A DNA stretch of 64,000 nucleotides from positions 1 through 64,000 of the forward strand of contig OZ025694.1 of NCBI GenBank assembly GCA_964019335.1, read 5' to 3'. Origin of the DNA: Diplonema japonicum. Its lineage: Eukaryota > Protista > Euglenozoa: Diplonemea. The notes under the pieces were generated by a model. That model ran no database searches, had not been told where the DNA came from, and was given only the letters and a program-made list of their open reading frames with translations. Of this stretch, positions 36,482-45,766 are shown in pieces (the stretch's first letter is position 1; each line of letters opens with the position of its first letter). A program made the position numbers and the translations under genes.

Positions 36482-37915
36482 ATGCCTACGAAACACAGGG
36501 TGTCCACGCAGCACGCTGCACGTGTAGCAGATTTTGTGGTAGCCAGCGATGACAAGGTGACCTCGCTACCAACACAGAGGGGCTGTTTTCTAGCTGGCAT
36601 CGAGAAGGTGCGGGAGGACTACGAGCCGCAAACACCCATAGTAAAGGACCTGCTTGCGCTCATCACGAAACACAACTATTTCGAGGCCTTCGAAGCTGCT
36701 ATCAGGGACGTCAGCAGCGTGCGCCCGAGGATCAGCGAACTGTGTGAGATCGACACCTTCGCGAGGTTCCTGTTCTACGTTGACAGGCTGGCGAGATGGG
36801 TGCCTGAGATCCGTGTGTGGGAGGCACATGGCGAGACCCTTCATGAGCGCACACTGTACAACAGGTGCGTGCAGTTCTACTTCTACTTCAACCAAAAGTC
36901 TCTCACCAGTCTCCAATCACCCATCTCGCCTAGGGTGTGTACCCTGACTCCTTTGTCAAGGTGGATGCGTGACTTCGCTGTGTCGTGGGGCGACTGGTTG
37001 GACACCCCGGAGTCCGCACAGTGTCTGGAGACCTTCATGTACGCCCCTGAGTACGCGTGGCAGGACTATGCGCATAAGCCCGCTGACTATGATAGTTTTA
37101 ACAAGTTCTTCGGACGGACTTTCAAGGACATCGAGAGGCAGCGTCCCGTCGCGCAGCCCGCAAACGATCGCATTGTCGTCTTCCCTGCAGAGTCCACGTT
37201 CGTGATGTCCGCGCCCATCTCCTCCGATGTGGGCGAGCCTGTCCCCCGGCCACCCTCCGTGGTCGTCAAGCACGTTGAATGGCCGATTGAGGACCTCCTG
37301 CAAGGGTCCGCCTTTGCTAGCCACTTCAGCGACGGGGACTTCACGCACAGCTTCCTCAACACCTTCGACTACCATAGGATCCACACGTGCTGCTCGGGGA
37401 TTGTCTGCGAGGCTAAGTTCATTCCTGGACAGGTTTACTTAGATGTGAGTCTTGTGGAGGGACGTGACGCTGATGGCGGGCTCGCAAGTGCGATCATCCC
37501 GCACAGGCACATCGACGCTGACGACACAACAGGCTACCAGTTCGTGCAGTGCCGTGGGATGCTGATACTGGACAATGAGCATTTGGGGAAGGTGGCTATC
37601 CTCCCGATTGGGATGTGCCAGGTCTCGTCAGTAGTGTTCGTTGGACAGGATGGTGAGGAGTACCGCCTGACGGAAGAAGAAGCAAAGGGAACCACGTACG
37701 AGGAAAGGGTTGAGCTGGTGAACAAGAAGATCGAGAAGGGCATGGTGGGCACACACCTCGACAAGGGTGCCATGTTTTCAATCTTCGAGTTCGGGGGGTC
37801 AGACGTGGTGGTGGTCTTTGAGAGGAAGGCGAACATAAACTTTACCGCCCTCCCCGAGCCAAGCGTCATGGCGCATAGCAGGGTGCGCAGTCAAATGGCG
37901 GTGGCTAATTATTGA
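36482..37915 (+). CDS. PSD: Phosphatidylserine decarboxylase family (pyruvoyl-dependent) enzyme
   Basis: FNKFFGR..RPV, VVFPAES, FLNTFDYHRIH, and the FEFGGS self-cleavage motif near the C-terminus. Confidence 0.88.
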   Translation: MPTKHRVSTQHAARVADFVVASDDKVTSLPTQRGCFLAGIEKVREDYEPQTPIVKDLLALITKHNYFEAFEAAIRDVSSVRPRISELCEIDTFARFLFYVDRLARWVPEIRVWEAHGETLHERTLYNRCVQFYFYFNQKSLTSLQSPISPRVCTLTPLSRWMRDFAVSWGDWLDTPESAQCLETFMYAPEYAWQDYAHKPADYDSFNKFFGRTFKDIERQRPVAQPANDRIVVFPAESTFVMSAPISSDVGEPVPRPPSVVVKHVEWPIEDLLQGSAFASHFSDGDFTHSFLNTFDYHRIHTCCSGIVCEAKFIPGQVYLDVSLVEGRDADGGLASAIIPHRHIDADDTTGYQFVQCRGMLILDNEHLGKVAILPIGMCQVSSVVFVGQDGEEYRLTEEEAKGTTYEERVELVNKKIEKGMVGTHLDKGAMFSIFEFGGSDVVVVFERKANINFTALPEPSVMAHSRVRSQMAVANY

Positions 37916-38393
37916 ATGAGCGCATTGCCCACCAAATGTGGGTAAAATCTTTTCCTTTTATTACCAGTTTGCTTTTCTTCCCCCCTGATACGAAGGCGAA
38001 AGCAAAAAAAAAAAAAAAAAAAGGGAAGGAAAGAAAAAAGGGAAAAGGAAAAAAAAAAAAAAAAAAAAAAAAAAACGTAGCGCTTCCCTTATCTTCTCTC
38101 TTTCAATGTGTCCACTGATGTCTTATCGAGACTTTTTTTTTTGTTTTTTAAGGTTCGATCAAGAGATAGATTGAGACTCTTCAGGCGTCCTGCCACACAC
38201 CGCAGGTACCCTTAAATGTCTCTCTTTTTTTTTCTCCCTCTGAAGTGGTTATCCGCGCATTGTTAATTTGCACGGTTTTTTCTATTCCTTTTCTTTCCCC
38301 TCCCCAAAAGAAGAAAAAAAAGAAGAAAAAAAAAAAAAAGAAAAAAAAAAATAAAAGAAAAAAAAAAACTAAAATAAAAAAAATAAAATAAAA

Positions 38394-41192
38394 ATGGAAA
38401 TCCACAATGTGATTTGGGTACTGTTCATGGCGGTGGTGATGCAAAGCGACACGGCGGCAGGGCTGCCGATCAGGGTGATGGCGTGCGTGACAAGCGAACC
38501 CTTCGCCACGACAAAGAGCTTCGCCAAGCTGACGAGCAGGTTCAGGGAGCTCGCGAACCCGAGCGAGGTGAGAGGCACTGTACGCATTGTGAACACAGAC
38601 TGGAGCTCCTTGTTCGTTGCCTACCACCCGCTACATTGGAGGGTCAACACCTTCGCCTGGAGGCGCATGGATGTCGACTTCGGAGTGGTCGACCCCTCGC
38701 TCCTCTCAAATGTCATCCACGTGAACGATATTTCAGCCTTTATCAGCGATTCTCCTTACGTCATCGCTGCAAACCTTGAGAACACTGCTTTCTACTACGC
38801 CTACTTCATCCAGCGCTACTCTGTTAAGACAGTTGACAATGTTACGCTTGGCTTCATCCCTATCTGGGGCGACCAAAACAAAGTCGCAACAGTCAGCTTC
38901 GACCTCTCAATCCCACCCGTTATCAACATCTTGAGAAACATTGTGAAGGTTGACATGGTGATTGGGATATGTCTCTTCTCCAAGGCGTACTTCAGCGCGA
39001 AGCTGTCCCTTTATGACATGGACGTGCTGGTTCTTCCCGATGGTGAGGTTGGCCCGCCAAGGGTCGAGAACGGGACGTGGTTGCTGTCGAAGAAATATGA
39101 AGTCGAGGCGAAGGGGATGTTCACAATCATCGACTTGGAACATACAAGTTCCGGGTGGACGTACTCATCCAGGAGCGAAAGCTTCTTGGACCCGCTGCCC
39201 GAGCCCCTCAACGCTCATCAGACCGCAGATCAAAACTGGTACGAGACAGAGTTGATCAAGTCGGAAAACAACAATCCAATTGTCGGCAAGACAGCGGAGA
39301 CCCTTGACATGTCGGACTATGCTTGCATGGAGGGCGAGTGCGAGGCGGGGAACCTCATCACAGATGCCATGATGTATTACAAGCAAACCTCCGACGTGGT
39401 CATCATCAACGGCGGGGGGATCTTCTACTTCACGAAGGCGGGCTGGGACATCGGAATCCTGCGCAAGACCAACGTGACGGACCTCTTCCCTTTCTCGAAC
39501 ACCATCTGCACTTACACCGCCAACGCGACAGGACTATGGCTCCTTGCGGAGCACGGTGTGAGCGCGCTTGACTCCAGCGGTAATGTGAATTCATCTAGCT
39601 CGCTGCGTGGGTCGCTTCTGCAGTCATCCGGACTACGCCTGCAGGTGGATGCACAGCGTCCCCCGAACAATAGGGTGGTCTCGATGGAGATCTACAACAA
39701 GAAGCTAGGGGAATGGGAGCCTGTGAGCAGGACCAAGATGTACACTGTCACATCAACGTCTTACCTCTGCGCGGACCGTGGTGACGGGTACAAGGACTGG
39801 TGGGTGCCCGGGACTCTCCAGAACTTCCCTGAGAACGTTCATGCTCTGACCTCCGCATACTTGACGAAGAACGACCCCTACACCCCGTTGATTGATGGCA
39901 GGCTCGTCAAAACCTTGGGCCAGGGCACCCCGCTTGGTTTGGTCCGCCTCAGCGCGGTAGACTGCAACACAACGCAACGCTTCGAAGCCACCTTTGAGTA
40001 CTGCATCCCGTGCCCCCCTGGGACATGGCACCCCGAGCAGGGCACAGGGCCGTGCGTCTCGGCCCCTTCATCGTCGTCCGTCAAGTGGTACTTGTTGGTG
40101 TTCCCGCTGCTGGGGGCCGCTATCATCATTGCGGGAGGTATTTACTGGATCCTGACGGCCAAGCAGCGCAAGATCAACAAGCTGTACACGGCACACAAAA
40201 TCGCGGAAGACTGCGCCAACGCCATCGCCGGCATGCGCCTCAATGAGCTCGACTACTTATTTAAGTTGAAGAAGCCGACTGCCATCCAGGCCTCCTTCAT
40301 CGCCATCATCTCGACCCTGAAGTCGTATAGGGATTTCATGCCGCAATCTTTGCTAGACGAGGCTGGTAGATCAGAGCAGGAATCGGAAAACACGTTGCAA
40401 GCAAGCGAGATTTCTGGTAAGGACAGGCCGTGGTTGACGTTGGGGTTGAGGTCGAAACATGCGACGATGATGGTGGCGAACATTGTGGAGTTTAGGAAAG
40501 TGGTGGGGAAGGGAACGATACACGAAGCGGAGTTCCTGCACAGGCAATTCCTGTCGGCGGTGATGTGCTCCGTGGGAAGGGGCGTGTGCGAGCCCTTCGT
40601 GGGGGACAAGGTCCTCATCACATGGAACGTATCCAACAATATCGGCTCGCACAAGGAACACGGATGCCGAGCAGCACTGAACCTGACAGAAGCAAAGACA
40701 CCACTAAAGATGAACGTTGGCGTGGCCTCAGGCGAGGTAATCTGCGGCAACACAGGCATAGAAGGAATGAAAAAATTCGGAGTGCTAGGGTCAAGCGTGA
40801 TCGAGAGCTTCTACCTGCAGCAGTTGAACGCTGTCTACGATACATCGATACTGATCAACGCTGCACTCTCGAGAGCAGCCAAGTGGAAGCTGTGCTTTCA
40901 AGACCGCTTGAAGCACCTCAAGTACGACAAAGATATAGAGCTTTGGGAATTATTGGGTGAGAGAATCGTTGAGGAAGCCGAGTGGATGTACCAGCTGGCT
41001 ACCTTAGAATCTGATGATCCGCTTCGCGACCTGAACCTAGCATGGATGGCCCTCCTGTCGGGCGACCACAATAAGGCTAAGAACCTAGCAGCATCTGATA
41101 AGATTCCCATGATGCCTTCTCGTACTAGGCTGCTCTCTGCCTTGGCCAATAAAGAGGACTACTTTGGTCCCAACCCGTTGTTGATGGAGTGA
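38394..41192 (+). CDS. Type I membrane protein: 5'-nucleotidase-like ectodomain, Cys-rich repeat, TM and degenerate class III nucleotide cyclase domain
   Basis: Signal peptide; ECEAGNLITDAM, INGGGI, LFPFSN, QSSGL and GDGY (5'-nucleotidase C domain); CIPCPPGTW; a TM helix; FVGDKVLITWN and VGVASGEVICGNTG (cyclase fold). Confidence 0.82.
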   Translation: MEIHNVIWVLFMAVVMQSDTAAGLPIRVMACVTSEPFATTKSFAKLTSRFRELANPSEVRGTVRIVNTDWSSLFVAYHPLHWRVNTFAWRRMDVDFGVVDPSLLSNVIHVNDISAFISDSPYVIAANLENTAFYYAYFIQRYSVKTVDNVTLGFIPIWGDQNKVATVSFDLSIPPVINILRNIVKVDMVIGICLFSKAYFSAKLSLYDMDVLVLPDGEVGPPRVENGTWLLSKKYEVEAKGMFTIIDLEHTSSGWTYSSRSESFLDPLPEPLNAHQTADQNWYETELIKSENNNPIVGKTAETLDMSDYACMEGECEAGNLITDAMMYYKQTSDVVIINGGGIFYFTKAGWDIGILRKTNVTDLFPFSNTICTYTANATGLWLLAEHGVSALDSSGNVNSSSSLRGSLLQSSGLRLQVDAQRPPNNRVVSMEIYNKKLGEWEPVSRTKMYTVTSTSYLCADRGDGYKDWWVPGTLQNFPENVHALTSAYLTKNDPYTPLIDGRLVKTLGQGTPLGLVRLSAVDCNTTQRFEATFEYCIPCPPGTWHPEQGTGPCVSAPSSSSVKWYLLVFPLLGAAIIIAGGIYWILTAKQRKINKLYTAHKIAEDCANAIAGMRLNELDYLFKLKKPTAIQASFIAIISTLKSYRDFMPQSLLDEAGRSEQESENTLQASEISGKDRPWLTLGLRSKHATMMVANIVEFRKVVGKGTIHEAEFLHRQFLSAVMCSVGRGVCEPFVGDKVLITWNVSNNIGSHKEHGCRAALNLTEAKTPLKMNVGVASGEVICGNTGIEGMKKFGVLGSSVIESFYLQQLNAVYDTSILINAALSRAAKWKLCFQDRLKHLKYDKDIELWELLGERIVEEAEWMYQLATLESDDPLRDLNLAWMALLSGDHNKAKNLAASDKIPMMPSRTRLLSALANKEDYFGPNPLLME

Positions 41193-41289
41193 TAGCGTAA
41201 GGCGGTGGAATACCTTCTCCTGCTGCGAGACCTACCATGCCAGAAGATGATAATTACCTATAAAGCTTGCACCCCACGTTTTTTTTTCT

Positions 41290-41349
<60 letters not shown>

Positions 41350-41827
41350 TTACAAATATTTATCTTTCAAAAAAAAAAAAAATGATTTTATAACTATATG
41401 CAACTTGTGCCGAGCAAAAAAAAAACTTTCGCAGCTTTTTAAAAAAAACTTTTTTTTTGCTCGTGCGAACAACAAAGACATATAGTCATAAAGAATTATT
41501 ATTTTTTTTTTCTTCTTGCTTAAAAATCTTCTAAACCTTTACAGGTTTTCTTTTGTATTCCTTTTTAAAGTAGTTTTTTTTTGCGGTGGAGGTCCCATGT
41601 TTGGTTGGAGCTCCCCATTTTTTCTCTTGGACTCTTGGTCTTTTTTTTTTCTTCTCCCTTTTTAGCTCAAATCTTTATATATTAGCTGGCAGCCAAAATC
41701 CCCCCAGGACTATGTTGGCAAGAAACGAGGAAACGTATCCGTTTCCTTATTTTTCAGATACTTGACCTTAGAAAAATTGAAGAGCGGCACAATAAATTAC
41801 CACCGCTGTTCTCTTTGAGAAAGAAGG

Positions 41828-41859
<32 letters not shown>

Positions 41860-42559
41860 AAATAGAATCCAATACAAACCCACCACCTTCTTTGTGGCTT
41901 CGTTACCTTGTTCAGCTTGTGCGTTTTCTTCTTTCTCTTTGATACACCCTGATGGTCTTTTTTTTTTCTTTTTTTTTTTTTTTTTTTTCCCTCTTCTTTT
42001 TTTTTTTTGTTGCAAATTTCAAAAAAGATTTTTAACTGTATGCAACTTGTGCCGAGCAAAAAGCTTTCGCAGCTTAAAAACCTTTTTTGCTCGTGCGAAC
42101 AACAAAGACATATAGTCATCAGTTCGTGCTTCGTTGCACACTTAACACCACTTAGCGTTGCAATCAAAGCCCCATTTTTTTTCTTTTTTTTGTTTTTTTG
42201 CGAAAGGGAAACTCTCGTTCTAAAGCCGTACACGTGGGGAAACCTGGACGGGGGTGGAGAGCCCACCCTACGCGTGGCGCCAGTTAGCATCGCCCTCAAC
42301 GGAGAGTCCCTTATCCCATTACATCGAACAAGGAGGTGGCTTCACCAGGTCAGGCAAGTAGCCTCCCCGCGGCATCGTGCCAGTGAAGCAAGCCTCCCAC
42401 AACTCTCTAGTTGGTGTTTAATTGCTTCTGTGCCCCTCTCCCTATTTCAATTTCCAAGCTTTCTTTACCTCCACTTTTACTTTCTACGGGACCACAGGGG
42501 ACTTGGGAGGCTTCGGGGCGAAGTTTCACAAGGGTGGCCGCTGTGTCACATACTGCATG

Positions 42560-43397
42560 GCACCACTAAAATCGACCTCACCAGGGGAAGCAGTATACTG
42601 CCCACAGCCTACATCAAGAGCGTCCTCAGGTGGCTGAATGCCTAAGATGGTACGCAGGCAGGAAGTTGACGCCCCGAGCAGGCCACCCGACAGTCCTTGG
42701 CTGGACTCCTCGAGGTTCACAGAGAAGGCAGGAAGGATGCGATACATCTCAGGACGTATTCAGAAGTGCACAGCAAAGAGTGGGAAGAGTGCTTTCCCCG
42801 CCAAGTAATTCAACTTTCCCTCTTTTTTCTGCCAGGTGGGTTGAAGCAGCATGGGGGCATGTCAGCAGGCAATCTATCCAGGCAAGCTGGGCCCATTGTT
42901 TTGGGCGTTTTTTTAGAGCCCTGGTGGAGTCCTGCTTGGGGTGGTGTGCTTGCCGTTGCAGCGACGTGCTGCGGAGATGAAGAGCGGGAAGACCAGCAAT
43001 ATGCCAAGCTTGCTAGGCAGCTGGAAGGGCCAGAGAAGTGTTGGATGACACGATTGTCGGCGTCTGGAATGTGTTTAGGGGGCTCGGAAAATGAGAAATA
43101 AAAAGCACAAGAACAACCCTAAAGCAAGCACAAGGAGTGGTTCGGTTCAACAAGTTTGTGGTAGAAGCGAACAATCAGGATATGAGGTGTCTTTTAGTTC
43201 TTGGAAAAGTCCGTTGCAATTCTCTCTGATTTTCGTTTGATTTTTCTCTTGCTACAGAAACTAGTTTCATCCGTTTTCTGGTCCAGCCCTTTAAAAAAAG
43301 AAAAGGGGGTCCCAGGAAAAAAATGTCCGGAAGAAAAAATATCCGGACCGCTAGAGCTTCCGGATATTTTATCTTCCGGTGATTTTTGTTTTTACAG
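42560..43397 (+). mobile_element. Second pogo-like relic, related to the 28209-29575 element (left boundary approximate)
   Basis: RWVEAAWGHVSRQSIQASWAHCFG.FLEPWWSPAW matches the first element. It ends tttttacag|TA at 43397 with ccgga sub-repeats. A solo end of the family lies at ~57169-57225. Confidence 0.7.
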
Positions 43398-43682
43398 TAT
43401 CTGTCATTTTGGTTTTCGTTCGAGTGTTGAAAAAGGTACCCCATTCTTTAGGCAGAAAGCTTTCTACTTTTATTTTTTTTTTATTATGACACCCTTGGCA
43501 TTTTGTTCCATGTATATTTCAAGCCCCCTCCCAAATGAAAAAAAAGGGAGAAGGGGGGGGGGGGGGGGGGGGCGTACCGCTATTATTGTGCTAAAGTCTG
43601 TACTCTAATTCACAGAAGGGAAACAAAAAGAGAAGTATTTCTTTTGCCTTTCTTCGATATTCTTTTTTTTTTTTTTTTTTTT

Positions 43683-44237
43683 GGGAAAAACAACGTACAC
43701 GGTAACCAAATAACTTTTTCCACCGTCGCCTTAAACCTCCAACTTTTTTTCCACCGTCCACGGTAACCACAACTTTTTTCCCACTTTTTACTGTAACCAC
43801 CAACAATTTCCCTTATGCAACCACTAACTTCTTTTCCACCGTCCACGGTAACCTCCGACATTTCTATACCTCATTGGGGTTTGGTACGAAATGTAGCAAG
43901 GGGGGCAAAACATGATGTCATAGCAAAAGAAAAGGAAAAAAGACCTTTAGAGAAATGGGTGACTACCCTGAAGGCTGGGACTACAACCGGGACAGCACTT
44001 CGTGTGGGTTACCGTGGACGGTGGAAAAAAAGTTCTTACTTACATGGTTTAGGGGAAATAAAAATAGGTTACCGTGAGTGGAAAATTCTTACAAAAAACC
44101 ATTCGAGTGGAAAAAAAGTTGTAGGTTACCGTGGAGAGTGGAAAAAAAGTTGTGGGTTACCGTAAACAGTGGTGGAAATTCTGCTTACAGACTTGAGTGG
44201 AAAAAAGTTAACTGGTTACCGTGTACGTTGTTTTTCT

Positions 44238-44238
<1 letters not shown>
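43683..44238. mobile_element. Second copy of the Mutator/foldback-like element (internally deleted)
   Basis: Near-identical arms to 23026-23720; lacks about 170 bp of the centre. Confidence 0.8.
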
Positions 44239-44283
<45 letters not shown>

Positions 44284-45559
44284 AAAAAGGGAAAATGAGG
44301 GTGTTGTTAAGGCACCCCCCTTTCCTGCGTTTTATTGGGAAGAGATGTCGTGTCAAAGTATTGTTTTCCCCCCCCTTCCCTTGTTTTGCGGCAAGACCTT
44401 AGGCTGGTCTCCTGCCATTTTTTTCTTTACAGTATTTATTCAGCTTCGATTGAACAAAACACGCTGTTGTAGGGGAAAAAAAGGAAAAAAAAGAAAGAAA
44501 AAAAGTGCCAAACCAAATATGGTTTGAACTAGCACCCTCCCCGTACACCGAAGTGTTATCGAAAATTTACTTATTTGCTGGTTACAAATTATCGCACCAT
44601 TACTCGCTAGGAAAAAAAAAAAAAGAAGAAAAAAGAAGAAAAAAAAGAATTATCCCCTCGTGGGAGGCACAGCGCCACGTCTTTGCTCCTTTGGGTATTT
44701 GTATTGATCGCAAGCAAGCTGTGAAGTAAAATGTCAAAAAGAAAGAAAAAAAAAAAAAAGAGAAAGGAAAGAAGAAGTGGTGTAGGCCTTTCCAGGCCAT
44801 GTGAAAATCTATTCCCTTCTTTCCTTGTCTCGCGTGGCGTTGGGCCCTTAAATCCCTCTAGTGACATAAAGTTCAGTAGGCGCATGAATAAGGCCGAGAC
44901 CCCCGCTTGGTAACATTGCATTTATTGCCATCCCACCTCCATTTTTCATTTTTTATTTCACTCTTCAGAAATTATTTCACGCACTGGGGGGCCCATTACT
45001 TCACGCTAAATCTCATTACTTCACGGTGAAATAATGGCCTGTTTTCCGTGAAGTAATAGGGGTTTCCGGTAAATAATATGCCTTGGTAGGCCAATTTTTG
45101 CCTCGGTTCGGTTCCCAGTGGGGCTACTTTTTCCTCCCAGTTTGCTAATTTCTCCCAGGTTCAGTTCAATTGGCCAACTTCCCTCGGCTCAGTTCCAAGT
45201 TGGACTACTTTTTCCTCCCAATTTGCCCACTTTTGGCTAGGCCTTTTTCCCAGTTTATGTGGGTAACTCTTCTGTGGGTAAGGGTAACTTAGTCAGCTTA
45301 CCCAAGCACCCCAAAAGACTTCAAAATACCGAAGCAGCAGAAAAAAAGGAGCCAGCGGCCGCGCCAGGTATGGGAAGGCTTGATTAGAGATGGTGACACT
45401 GGCAATGCCAGCGACAGCGGCAGCTCTAAGTCAACAAAAGGAGGGAAAGCAACTTGTATTGTAACCTTTGTAACCCCTCTTGTTGTACCCCTTGTCACCC
45501 TGTTGTGCCCCTCGTGGTGAAGTAATTTCAGTGTCGTGAAATAAAACCACTTACCTACC

Positions 45560-45675
45560 GCCAAGTAATGCTTTACCGACCTCTCGGTTCCGCATTTTAC
45601 CATCTCGGGCCCTGCAGGCCCTCGACGGTAAAATGCGGAACCTCGAGGTAACGGTAAAGTCATTACTTGTTGGCA
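45560..45675. repeat. ~115-bp imperfect palindrome
   Basis: Perfect 16-bp arms ggttccgcattttacc (45586-45601) / ggtaaaatgcggaacc (45627-45642), plus outer pairs ctttaccg/cggtaaag and caagtaatg/cattacttg. Confidence 0.85.
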
Positions 45676-45766
45676 GTAAATAGCTATTTTTCTTCTTTCT
45701 TTCCCCCCCCCCCTTTTTTTTTTCTGTTTGAACAGACTACACTATTATCTCAGGAAGGATATAAAA

